From positions 157,109 through 221,108 of IMG/VR virus record IMGVR_UViG_3300020147_000065: a stretch of DNA of 64,000 nt; one strand, given 5' to 3'. Shown piece after piece: positions 51,021 to 59,708 of this stretch. The translations under genes and the position numbers were made by a program. Each line of letters starts with the position of its first letter. The first letter of the stretch is position 1. The notes under the pieces were generated by a model that saw nothing but the letters and a program-made list of their open reading frames with translations, was not told the DNA's origin and ran no database searches.

Positions 51021-51093
51021 GCCGTCGTAACTCAGCGGTTAGAGTGGTTGACTCTTAATCAATTGGTCGTAGGTTCGAATCCTACCGGCGGTA
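51021..51093 (+). tRNA. tRNA-Lys(CTT)
   Basis: CTCTTAA loop. Confidence 0.92.
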
Positions 51094-51200
51094 TCAAACT
51101 GGCAAGCAGGTGCGTTCTAAGGTATACGGGTTCAGGGTATACACTGGATGCCTATAAGGTAACTTAGAATTGGGGGTTCGAGTCTCCCAGTGCGAGGCAA

Positions 51201-51381
51201 AAGGTAGACACAGCAAACTTTTCACATTACATAAATTGCTAAACTTTTGGTGCTTAGCGCACCTCCGTGAGAGCGGGGCCTCTGAAACCAGTGTGGTGGA
51301 TGAGGGAAACAACTCCGAGGACTCGGCCTCGTTAATCCAGGGCGTAGTAACGAGCTACGATAAAAGCGGAAAAGCTACCTT
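51201..51381 (+). ncRNA. ACAGCAA-stem RNA copy 3 (multi-hairpin cargo)
   Basis: AAGGTAG-AC-ACAGCAA...CTACCTT; follows a T-arm-bearing element at 51101-51199. Confidence 0.6.
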
Positions 51382-51449
51382 GATTTAAATTCTTTGGAGG
51401 ATTGGTAACGATGAAACGAAAACAAACTGAAGACCCAGCCAAAATTTAC

Positions 51450-51535
51450 GCCGTCGTTGTCAAGAGGCCGAAGATAGCAGACTTTTAATCTGACGAGCGA
51501 AAGCTCCACCGGGGGTTCGAATCCCTCCGACGGCA
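51450..51535 (+). tRNA. tRNA-Lys(TTT) with long variable arm
   Basis: CTTTTAA loop; GAGC-GAAA-GCTC variable arm. Confidence 0.8.
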
Positions 51536-51537
51536 AT

Positions 51538-51807
51538 ATGCAAAGAATCAAAGAGACAAACCAGTGGGAACACATTCAAGTCTTCATTGGTAAACGCAAG
51601 GTTGTTGACGGGGATAAAGTCAGATTACAATTCCCCAACGGAAGCACTGAAGTGTTCGTAGTTAAGATTAAACACAGAAATGCGACCGTCCACGATATGG
51701 GACATCGGTATGATGTCACTCAAGAGATTCCAACTGTAGTCATAGATTACAATGGTCTTAAAGTCGAACTGAAAGTCTCAGATTTCAAATTGGGAGAGTT
51801 CGTATAA
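51538..51807 (+). CDS. hypothetical protein
   Basis: ORF starts 2 nt after the tRNA end. Confidence 0.65.
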   Translation: MQRIKETNQWEHIQVFIGKRKVVDGDKVRLQFPNGSTEVFVVKIKHRNATVHDMGHRYDVTQEIPTVVIDYNGLKVELKVSDFKLGEFV

Positions 51808-51817
51808 TCTCCTTATT

Positions 51818-51889
51818 GCGCTTGTAGTTCAGTGGTAGAACACCGACTTCTAGATTCGGGTGTGGCGGGTTCGAATCCTGCCGAGCGCA
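51818..51889 (+). tRNA. amber suppressor tRNA (CTA)
   Basis: CCGAC-TTCTAGA-TTCGG arm in a canonical body. Confidence 0.7.
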
Positions 51890-52020
51890 CTTCATCTTAA
51901 TTAAGGAGCCTACAATGAGCAAGTAGATTGACTTCATGTAGCTGTGTTCAAATAAATCACCACCCGTGGTTAGCCAGATTTCACAAACAACTGACTGACA
52001 ACAAACGGAGATTTAATACA

Positions 52021-52395
52021 ATGAACACCTTAGGAACAGCGATCACGTCGCAATTTTACGTGAACCCTGAAACCGGCTATGCCGACATTACTGCTGCTTG
52101 GAAACAAGCTCTGGCTGACAAGACACCGATGAACGCAGGTTCGTATATGCTTTATGCTATCCTGCGCGGCAAGGATTGGAGAAAGGGAATTAGTCCCATC
52201 ACCAATCATAACAAAATCGCAAACGGCGGTTATTATAACTCTGCTATGTATAATATAGGTTATCCTACCAGGATTCCTGAGTACTTTGCAGAACACGTTA
52301 AACCCGAAGCTCTAGCAATCATCAAGCAGATGATTCCTTCCTTCGGTTTGGATCTGCCCTCCGAAGCGTATTGCGTCAAGGAGGCAGTGAGATGA
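52021..52395 (+). CDS. hypothetical protein
   Basis: GGAG RBS; YAILRGK motif. Confidence 0.7.
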   Translation: MNTLGTAITSQFYVNPETGYADITAAWKQALADKTPMNAGSYMLYAILRGKDWRKGISPITNHNKIANGGYYNSAMYNIGYPTRIPEYFAEHVKPEALAIIKQMIPSFGLDLPSEAYCVKEAVR

Positions 52396-52409
52396 CGTAG
52401 TGGGTTTAT

Positions 52410-52697
52410 GTGATAGTAAGAACTGATATTCCGGTGGAGAATCAATTCGCGCAGATGGGACATGCGTGTATCGAAGCTGGGAGAAAATGGCCGCAAGCCA
52501 CGGGTGCAAACATCGTTATCCTTCAAGCTAAGGATCAAAAAGAATTTGATAAATTCCAAAGCCGATGTGAGCGAGACGGTATTCAGTTCGTAACATTTGA
52601 GGAAACAGAACACCCTGTGGGGACATGGGCTGCTTGCAGCGAACCAGTTACCGCAGATCAGAGAAGAACCTTCCGTTGTTTTCTCCTTCATAAGTGA
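52410..52697 (+). CDS. peptidyl-tRNA hydrolase Pth2-like protein
   Basis: IVRTDI....AQMGHACIE...IVILQAKDQ..F. Confidence 0.7.
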   Translation: MIVRTDIPVENQFAQMGHACIEAGRKWPQATGANIVILQAKDQKEFDKFQSRCERDGIQFVTFEETEHPVGTWAACSEPVTADQRRTFRCFLLHK

Positions 52698-52788
52698 CGA
52701 AAAGGACACCTTTCGGGGTGTCCTTTTCTTTCTAAAAATCTTTCAATTGACCTTGACAAACCCCGTGGTTTGCAGTAAAATAAATACC

Positions 52789-53073
52789 ATGAAGCCATAC
52801 ATCTTACTTGATTTAATATGTCCTGACCGTGGTGCATTGATGCAGTGGGAGATTGCGGCTTTTCTAATGTTTCCAGAGCATCCACACCAAGCGCAGGTAG
52901 ATATGCCAAGTTCTTTACTTCAAGTGGCACCTGCTCCACTGGTAGACGTTAGTTACCAAGAAGCACATGCGTTCGGCACAGAAATGTTAGGCCGAGCGAG
53001 ACAATTAGGGATTGAATTATTTTTCAGTCCTGAGTGTAAGAGAACCTTTGACCAGTTATATAACTGGAAATAA
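52789..53073 (+). CDS. hypothetical protein
   Basis: TTGACA promoter; leaderless. Confidence 0.6.
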   Translation: MKPYILLDLICPDRGALMQWEIAAFLMFPEHPHQAQVDMPSSLLQVAPAPLVDVSYQEAHAFGTEMLGRARQLGIELFFSPECKRTFDQLYNWK

Positions 53074-53080
53074 GGTAATT

Positions 53081-53154
53081 GGCCACGTAGCGCAATTGGT
53101 AGAGGCGTTTGATTTAGGATCAAAATGTTGGGGGTTCGAATCCCTCCGTGGCTA
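53081..53154 (+). tRNA. tRNA-Leu(TAG), short variable loop
   Basis: TTTAGGA loop. Confidence 0.85.
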
Positions 53155-53159
53155 TTTAT

Positions 53160-53231
53160 GGAGCGGTCGCCAAGTGGTAAGGCATCAGTCTGATATGCTG
53201 ATATACGGGAGTTCGATTCTCTCTCGCTCTA
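53160..53231 (+). tRNA. tRNA-Ile(GAT)
   Basis: CTGATAT loop. Confidence 0.88.
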
Positions 53232-53236
53232 TTTTC

Positions 53237-53326
53237 GGAAGGTGGTTGTCACGGAGACAAACCAGCCTCGAACGCTGGGACGCGGTCCTTTATTGGATTG
53301 GGGTTCGATTCCTCTACCTTCCGCCA
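53237..53326 (+). tRNA. tRNA-Ser(CGA)
   Basis: CTCGAAC loop, variable arm, GCCA. Confidence 0.8.
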
Positions 53327-53330
53327 ATTC

Positions 53331-53420
53331 GGAGAGTAACTCAGCCAGGGTTGCTGAACTTGTTTGCTAAACATGTGGCTCGTCTTAAAAACGGGTGAGG
53401 TTCAAGTCCTCTGCTCTCCA
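53331..53420 (+). tRNA. tRNA-Ser(GCT)
   Basis: TTGCTAA loop, variable arm. Confidence 0.78.
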
Positions 53421-53674
53421 CTTGCCCCCCCCCCTTGCACCTTCTCCTCTTTTTCAGTATAATCTTGGTATGGAAAATCATACCTACACAATAAATGGTA
53501 ATCCCGACTTCATATTGAAGGTGAGGGATGAAGCCGCTAAAATGCACGTTCACTTATGTATTGACGACAACCTACGAAGTGTTAAGGTTGTTTGTGGTCA
53601 CAAGACCTATAAGAACATAATGTGCGCTGCCGAACAAGCCATTCTCGATTATAAGAAAGCAGAGGAAAAGACAG

Positions 53675-54199
53675 ATGAGCATGAAACCCTTCCTGATTGA
53701 AGAAGCAGAAGCGATGGAGTTTGTTCAAGAACGACACAATCCTAAACAGAAGTATGGTAAATATCCTTATTTCTTCCACCTCTATCAAGTCAATTCTGTT
53801 GCTAAAGAATTTAACTTAAACGACCGTGTTATCCTTCTTTCTACGTGGCTGCATGATGCGTTGGAAGATACTGCAACAAACCCAAGTGACCTATCACAAG
53901 CATTCGGTGAAGACGTAGCCAGGACAGTTTATTATGTTACCGATCATAAGGGTTGGAATAGGGCTGAGAGGCATGAAAGGCTTTATAGAGAGATGGTAAG
54001 CCATCCACGGGCTGTAGCAGTTAAGCTCTGTGACCGCTTGGCAAATGTTCGCTTCGGTAACACTGCTAAGGATGGCTGTTCTCCAAATTATAAACGCGAA
54101 TATGCTGACTTCAAAGGTTACCTGTGGGGTAAAGGTGGAGAATTTGAAGGACGGCTGGGAAAAATTTGGAATGAACTTGATTTACTTTTACTTCGATAA
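53675..54199 (+). CDS. HD-domain (p)ppGpp hydrolase-like (Mesh1/SAH)
   Basis: H..QKYG..PY..HL; LHDALEDT; VKLCDRLANVR. Confidence 0.85.
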   Translation: MSMKPFLIEEAEAMEFVQERHNPKQKYGKYPYFFHLYQVNSVAKEFNLNDRVILLSTWLHDALEDTATNPSDLSQAFGEDVARTVYYVTDHKGWNRAERHERLYREMVSHPRAVAVKLCDRLANVRFGNTAKDGCSPNYKREYADFKGYLWGKGGEFEGRLGKIWNELDLLLLR

Positions 54200-54604
54200 C
54201 GGGGAGGCTTTACGGCCTCCCCTTTTCTTTTGGGATCATGCCCCCCCCTTGCCATAAACCAAATAGAATAGTATAATCTATACCATGAAGCCACTACATG
54301 AACGATTCCCCTTCTTCTTTCCTACAGACATTAAAGAAGAAAACAAATACCTTCGGCATCCTAACATGGGATACGTCCATTGTTCCCGCGTGGTTGGCCC
54401 GTATCGTGTCTATAAATACGAATCGCATTATAGAACGGGAACAGGGCGTTATACTCGCATCAATGCTGCATTCATCTTCGTTTCTGATACACGAACAAAT
54501 GAAGTATGTATGCTCAATCCTGTAGCACAAGATGCTAACAAATTTATTGAAGTTCTTACAGAAAACCCTTGACGTGATTCAACGAAAGTGATATAATTTA
54601 TTCC

Positions 54605-55774
54605 ATGACAGCAATCCAACTCCCAACACTTTATTGTCGCCGTCAGGACGGCGGAATCAACCAGTGGACTATCGAAGTTGATGGTAGCCGCAAAAGAACT
54701 ATCTCAGGTAAGGTTGGCGGAAAACTCGTCGAATCTGCATGGGAACAATGTGTAGTAAAGAACGAAGGTCGCTCTAATGCGACCACACCCGAATCACAGG
54801 CTTTAGCACAGGCTCAGTCTGACTGGAATAAGAAAAAGGCACGAAAGTATTCGGAGAGTCCCGATACCGTTGATACTGATAAAATTTATCAGTGTATGTT
54901 AGCGAAAGACGTTCGCGGTGAATGGGATAAGAAAACCGAAACGTGGAAGAAACCCCACTGGCCGAAGATTGAGAAGGCATTGAATGAGGGGCAGAAAATC
55001 TTTGTTCAAGCTAAACTTGATGGTATTCGTTGTATCGCCAATAAAGATGGTTTATGGTCGCGTGAAGGAAAGAGATTCGTTTCTTGTCCTCACATCGAAG
55101 AAGCACTCAAACCTTTGTTTGCTGGACAACCCGATTTGATTCTCGACGGTGAGCTATTCAACTTTGAACTGCGTAACGACTTCAATAAAATCGCTTCGCT
55201 TATCAAGCGTCAGAAACCAACAGCAGAGGATATTGCTGAAACTGCTGAAAATGTGCAGTATCATATTTACGACGTTCCTTCTGTGGATGAATTGTTTGAG
55301 AAGCGGTGTCGTGGCTATAATGCGCTCTGCCGTGTTGCTGATAAACCTTTCATCGTTCCAGTCGAAACTTACGAAGTTAGCTCTCTGCAAGAGATTCACG
55401 ACCTCTACGACCTCTTTGCTGAGACACACAAACAGGAAGGCGCGATTATTCGCTTCAACGTGAAGTATCTGAATAAGCGCACCGACCAACTTCTGAAATA
55501 CAAGGTTTTCGTGGACGAAGAATTTGTAATTGTGGACGTTCACAGCGGAGTAGGTAAAGCCGCTGACCTCGCTTGTAAAATGTCCTTCGTGAATGAGGAC
55601 GGTAATCCTTTTGAGGCGACAACAACAGGTAGTGCAGAAACCCGACAGGGTTATCTAAAAGACCGCAATAATTTAATCGGTAAACGTGCAACGGTGCGTT
55701 ACGGAAATCGAACTCCTGATAAGAATGTCCCGCGTTGGGGAAGAATAATCGCTATACGTGATTACGAAAGTTAG
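54605..55774 (+). CDS. ATP-dependent DNA ligase
   Basis: QAKLDGIRC, LDGELF, YHIYDV, EGAIIR, LLKYK. Confidence 0.95.
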   Translation: MTAIQLPTLYCRRQDGGINQWTIEVDGSRKRTISGKVGGKLVESAWEQCVVKNEGRSNATTPESQALAQAQSDWNKKKARKYSESPDTVDTDKIYQCMLAKDVRGEWDKKTETWKKPHWPKIEKALNEGQKIFVQAKLDGIRCIANKDGLWSREGKRFVSCPHIEEALKPLFAGQPDLILDGELFNFELRNDFNKIASLIKRQKPTAEDIAETAENVQYHIYDVPSVDELFEKRCRGYNALCRVADKPFIVPVETYEVSSLQEIHDLYDLFAETHKQEGAIIRFNVKYLNKRTDQLLKYKVFVDEEFVIVDVHSGVGKAADLACKMSFVNEDGNPFEATTTGSAETRQGYLKDRNNLIGKRATVRYGNRTPDKNVPRWGRIIAIRDYES

Positions 55775-56503
55775 TTAGATGGCGAGAGATGTTAAGGCAT
55801 CTCTCGCCTCTTCTGGTGTAGAAAATCCGGTCTTTGCGTATCTTATTCCGTTAATTTTCTTTGCATATAACCATTTATCTCTCTTGTTATAATACACATT
55901 CGGATAAACATGTTGCTTTTTAACAGGAAGAGAAAAACCATCTTTTATTTCTTTCATGTAATTTTCTCGATTACTTGGAAAATTTAATCTTGCTTCTTTA
56001 CCGTAAAGTAATAGTGCTAATTTATCATAATGTTCTGCGGCTTCTTCCTCTGATAAGAAATCACAACGATAATATTCTTTTCCGTTTTTATCTCTTATAA
56101 ATGCTCTCCATTTTTCACTGGATGCATTATGTAAACAAACCCCCACATATCTTTTATTTGAGTTTTTCTTTACTCCTTGTTGACTGGTGGTAGAATTACC
56201 AAAACGAACATCTGCTGGGTTTCTAATTAAGTTATATCCGAATCTTCTGTCCCAAGACTTTAGCTCATTTATCCAGAAATACTCTCTGTCTTTTGCTTTA
56301 TCAAAATCTACAGTTTCTATAGGCTCAATCATAAAATTGTTTATACCATGAGAAGCCATTGCTTTATGTATAATTGTCTTAGCTCTATGACGAGCAAAAC
56401 TTTTGTGACCATTAAATCTAATATTAATTGGTTGGGTTGTTGAACCAATATAAATTTTCCCATTGAGTAGATTTGTGATCTTGTAGATATTGATCTGTTT
56501 CAT
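55775..56503 (-). CDS. GIY-YIG homing endonuclease with AP2 domains
   Basis: IYKITNLLNGKIYIGST; YVGV...WRAFI...EEEAAEHYD...LNFP. Confidence 0.9.
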   Translation of the reverse strand: MKQINIYKITNLLNGKIYIGSTTQPINIRFNGHKSFARHRAKTIIHKAMASHGINNFMIEPIETVDFDKAKDREYFWINELKSWDRRFGYNLIRNPADVRFGNSTTSQQGVKKNSNKRYVGVCLHNASSEKWRAFIRDKNGKEYYRCDFLSEEEAAEHYDKLALLLYGKEARLNFPSNRENYMKEIKDGFSLPVKKQHVYPNVYYNKRDKWLYAKKINGIRYAKTGFSTPEEARDALTSLAI

Positions 56504-56573
56504 ATAAATCCATACGGTTTACACTTGACATTGGTTCCGAAGTTTAGTAAAATAGTATATACAGGAGAAGAAA

Positions 56574-57887
56574 ATGCCACAAATAATTGATGAAGCGCGT
56601 CTGATATGTGCTAAATTCAAAGACGGGAAGTTAGTACATAATAAATTTTACAACATGACATTATACGACGACAACCGAGTGCGAATTTGGTATGGGCGAT
56701 ATGTTGAGGATGGCAGCGGTGGACTGAAAACACAGAGCGACGAAACGGTTCCTGGCGGTCGCGCTTTGTTTGATTCAAAATATCGTGAAAAGACCGGCCC
56801 AAGAAAAGGTTACAAGCCGCTCCCAGTCGTAGCGAACACAACTTCAGATAGTAAAATAGTTGTGGCTAAAGGCACACTTGCTGAGATTGCAGCAAAGCAA
56901 ATCAAGACTAACTCCGATGAAGTGTTTATGCTTATCAAACATCTCGCAGATGTTAATGTGCATCAAATTACTTCACAAACCTCTATCAAGTATGACGCAG
57001 CAACGGGTAGCTTTTCAACACCTTATGGTCTTGTTACTTCTAATGGTATTGATAAGGGGCGGACACTTTTAGGTGAGATTCATAGTCTGCTAACCACGGG
57101 CACCTTCGATAAGCGTTTTGAGACACTTGTTGAAGAATATATGACAATCATTCCACAAAGTGTTGGTCGCCGTTCAATCGGCCCGAAAGAAGTCTTTCCT
57201 AATCTTGATAAAGTCAAGTCACAAAACGACGTGCTTGATGCTCTTGAAGCATCTTTAACCGAGGCCAATAAACCTAAGAAGGAAGAAAAGAGCGACGAAG
57301 CGCAGGAAGTTGAGAAGTTGTTCGACTGCGTATTAGAGATTGTCACAGACCCCGCAGAATATAACCGCGTGGAAAGCCTTTATACTTCTTCTCGTAAAGA
57401 AATGCACGTAGCAGCACGTTTAAAACTACGTAAGGTTTACCGTGTTGTTATTAACCACATGACGCAAGCCTACAATAACCGTAAGGTTAAAGGTAATGAG
57501 CAAGAGTTATGGCATGGAACATCACCGGCTAACGTGCTTTCGATTCTTAAATCAGGCTTCATGATTTCGCCGCCTTCAACGGCGGCAATCGCGGGTAAAA
57601 ACTTTGGTTACGGTGTTTATTTCGCTAATGCCTCAACCAAGAGTTTAAACTACGCACACGGTTATTGGTCAGGCACTTATGCTCGGAAATGCTTCTTGTT
57701 TTTAAACAACGTGGCTCTTGGTAACTATTATGTTCCTGAGAACACCACGCGAAGCAATCCACCAAAAGGCTACGATTCATACTGGGCACAGGCGGGTAAA
57801 TCCTCCTGGTTACAGAATGATGAGATTGTGATTTTCGACACAACTCAGATTGAGCCTACTTACTTGCTGGAATTTGAGGACAACTAA
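56574..57887 (+). CDS. PARP-like ADP-ribosyltransferase (WGR + helical + catalytic)
   Basis: NKFY..WYGR; LWHGT; FGYGVYFA; NDEIVIF (H-Y-E triad). Confidence 0.92.
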   Translation: MPQIIDEARLICAKFKDGKLVHNKFYNMTLYDDNRVRIWYGRYVEDGSGGLKTQSDETVPGGRALFDSKYREKTGPRKGYKPLPVVANTTSDSKIVVAKGTLAEIAAKQIKTNSDEVFMLIKHLADVNVHQITSQTSIKYDAATGSFSTPYGLVTSNGIDKGRTLLGEIHSLLTTGTFDKRFETLVEEYMTIIPQSVGRRSIGPKEVFPNLDKVKSQNDVLDALEASLTEANKPKKEEKSDEAQEVEKLFDCVLEIVTDPAEYNRVESLYTSSRKEMHVAARLKLRKVYRVVINHMTQAYNNRKVKGNEQELWHGTSPANVLSILKSGFMISPPSTAAIAGKNFGYGVYFANASTKSLNYAHGYWSGTYARKCFLFLNNVALGNYYVPENTTRSNPPKGYDSYWAQAGKSSWLQNDEIVIFDTTQIEPTYLLEFEDN

Positions 57888-57952
57888 CCTTCGGGTTAGT
57901 TGTCTGCCCCCCCCCCTTGGCAACGACTCCATAATACTATATAATTTATTCC

Positions 57953-59077
57953 ATGAGCACAGAATATCACCATCCAGACGACAAAGCACTTATGGATTTA
58001 CAGGCAGGGGAAATCAAGATTATCAAACCTGATGAACCTCCCTTCTTAGTTGAACTCGATGAACTTGAAAGAGCAGCCGAACCCTTCTTTTTCGATATGA
58101 AATTCATCTTTCCTTACCAACATCACTTGAATGATGTTGAGGGACATATATTAGGGATTCAATACGATGGAGTTACCATTGCAAAATTCCAACAAGTTCA
58201 TGGTGGATTCTTTCGCCTCGCATGGACTAACGACCAACGACAGGAAGATATTCCGTGGGAAGTTCACGGTCTTTGTGTTGGCTGTGTAATCAGTTTCGAC
58301 CAACTTCTATTTGCAGTGAAATGGGCTTCATTCGCTAACAAATTGAAGTATAAACGCGGAACACGTTTCCTTAGTGATGGTGACGTGAAAAATCAATTAA
58401 ATAATCCAGAAAAGGGGTTGACACCACCCACGGAAAGTGGTAAAATAAATGGTGTTAAAGGAGAAAATATGTGTTTGGTAAATCCTCTGCAAAATGATGT
58501 GCAGACAGTTGTGAACGAGTTTGTTTCTCAGGGTAAATCTTTTACCGCTTTCGATGTGACCGTAGAAGTAGGCAACCGTGTAGGAATGAAGGTGCCTCAT
58601 CGCTACGTGAAGCCAGAGGTTGTCAATGCTCTGGAAACGCTACCCACGGGGTATGATGTGCGAATCCGCACCGACATTAACGGACAACCGCGCGAGTGGT
58701 ATAAGACGCAACCGGCAGCAGTAGCTACTCCGGCAACCGCTGCTGTTAAAGCGCCCGTGGCAAGCACAAATGTTGGTGTCGCAAAGAATGAAGATGGCAC
58801 TCGCCTTCGCGTTTTTCGTGACGCCCTTGAATCCGTTGGCTTCAAACCAGGTGAGAAAGTTCGTGCTGTATTCTCGCCTTCCATGAAAGCAGTATTTGTC
58901 ATTCCGACAACTTCTGTGTTTTCAACCAATGACCCTGACAAGAAGGATGCAGAGTATTCTGTGGACGTTCGACAGAATCTTCGCCTTCAACTGTCAACAC
59001 TTGGAATCCCTTCTGCCTCACAGGTAAGCGGTGTTTCTAAGGTTCAAGATAAAGTTTTGCAAATTTCTTTGCAATAA
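57953..59077 (+). CDS. hypothetical protein; probable internal gene start at 58469
   Basis: Internal TTGACA/TAAAAT promoter at ~58418 and AAGGAG RBS in frame. Confidence 0.65.
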   Translation: MSTEYHHPDDKALMDLQAGEIKIIKPDEPPFLVELDELERAAEPFFFDMKFIFPYQHHLNDVEGHILGIQYDGVTIAKFQQVHGGFFRLAWTNDQRQEDIPWEVHGLCVGCVISFDQLLFAVKWASFANKLKYKRGTRFLSDGDVKNQLNNPEKGLTPPTESGKINGVKGENMCLVNPLQNDVQTVVNEFVSQGKSFTAFDVTVEVGNRVGMKVPHRYVKPEVVNALETLPTGYDVRIRTDINGQPREWYKTQPAAVATPATAAVKAPVASTNVGVAKNEDGTRLRVFRDALESVGFKPGEKVRAVFSPSMKAVFVIPTTSVFSTNDPDKKDAEYSVDVRQNLRLQLSTLGIPSASQVSGVSKVQDKVLQISLQ

Positions 59078-59141
59078 CCCCTTGACAAACTTGCAGGAAC
59101 CACGTATAATATCTTACGTGCTAATGCATACATGATAAAAA

Positions 59142-59215
59142 GCTAAGACGTATGCGACAGGTAAAGCAGCTAAAAGCGGTGTGTTTTGCGGGTTCGATTC
59201 CCGCCGTCTTAGTCA
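59142..59215 (+). ncRNA. tRNA-like unit lacking a normal anticodon arm
   Basis: CTAAGACG/CGTCTTAG acceptor-like stem plus GCGGG-TTCGATT-CCCGC T-arm. Confidence 0.55.
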
Positions 59216-59216
59216 T

Positions 59217-59279
59217 AAGGTTCTAACAGCAAACAATCAAAATTGTTTACCATTTAATCAAACAAATCAAATGAACCTT
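59217..59279 (+). ncRNA. ACAGCAA-stem RNA copy 4
   Basis: AAGGTTC-TA-ACAGCAA...GAACCTT. Confidence 0.7.
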
Positions 59280-59285
59280 GAATTT

Positions 59286-59353
59286 AGGGGAGTAGCTCAC
59301 CGTTAGAGCGTCCGTCTGGAAGGTAGCAGGTTAAATTCCTGCCTCCCCTACCA
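59286..59353 (+). ncRNA. tRNA-like unit with truncated anticodon arm and CCA end
   Basis: AGGGGAG/CTCCCCT-ACCA; D and T arms intact; anticodon arm only TCC-GTCT-GGA. Confidence 0.7.
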
Positions 59354-59354
59354 A

Positions 59355-59455
59355 AAGATAGTTACAGCAATCTTTACAGCATAGCTTAATGGATAAGCAA
59401 AAGTCTTCAAAACTTTAGATTGCGGGTTCGACTCCCGCTGCAATAAAACTATCTT
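59355..59455 (+). ncRNA. ACAGCAA-stem RNA copy 5 carrying an acceptor-less tRNA(UCA) mimic
   Basis: AAGATAGTT/AACTATCTT stem; D-arm, AAAGT-CTTCAAA-ACTTT and T-arm inside. Confidence 0.75.
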
Positions 59456-59461
59456 GTAAAT

Positions 59462-59542
59462 TGGGATGAAGTTCTGAGGTGTTCGGAATATAGGCTCTCC
59501 GCGGAGTCGAAGGGGTAGGTTAAACTCCTACCGTCCCAGCCA
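59462..59542 (+). ncRNA. tRNA-like unit with 6-nt anticodon loop and CCA end
   Basis: TGGGATG/CGTCCCA-GCCA; GGCTC-TCCGCG-GAGTC. Confidence 0.6.
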
Positions 59543-59543
59543 A

Positions 59544-59613
59544 AAGGTCGAGACAGCAACTTAAAACGCATTTCACTGTTAATGAACGACGACGGGTTCG
59601 ACTCCCCTTACCA
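59544..59613 (+). ncRNA. ACAGCAA RNA copy 6 with the 3' part of a tRNA-Asn(GTT)-like unit
   Basis: AAGGTCG-AG-ACAGCAA, TTCA-CTGTTAA-TGAA, GGG-TTCGACT-CCC, ACCA; closing strand not found. Confidence 0.5.
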
Positions 59614-59665
59614 CCCCTTGACAACCCCCCGCGGTTAGTAGTATAATTACTTTGGTTTTGAAAGA

Positions 59666-59699
59666 AAGGTGCGAACAACAACAATACCAATAGCACCTT
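59666..59699 (+). promoter_or_regulatory. ACA(A)CAA-stem copy 7 in the 5' UTR, abutting the RBS of the DUF2828 gene
   Basis: AAGGTGC-GA-ACAACAA...GCACCTT-GGAGG-AATTATG. Confidence 0.65.
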
Positions 59700-59708
59700 G
59701 GAGGAATT

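Noticed and set aside
51280-51330. Hammerhead ribozyme in the cargo of copy 3
   Set aside because: GATGAG...GAAAC is present, but the CUGANGA core and helix arrangement do not fit.
46460-53398. Track ORFs overlapping tRNA genes (e.g. 46460..46756, 48604..48903, 53012..53398)
   Set aside because: Spurious translations of tRNA sequence.
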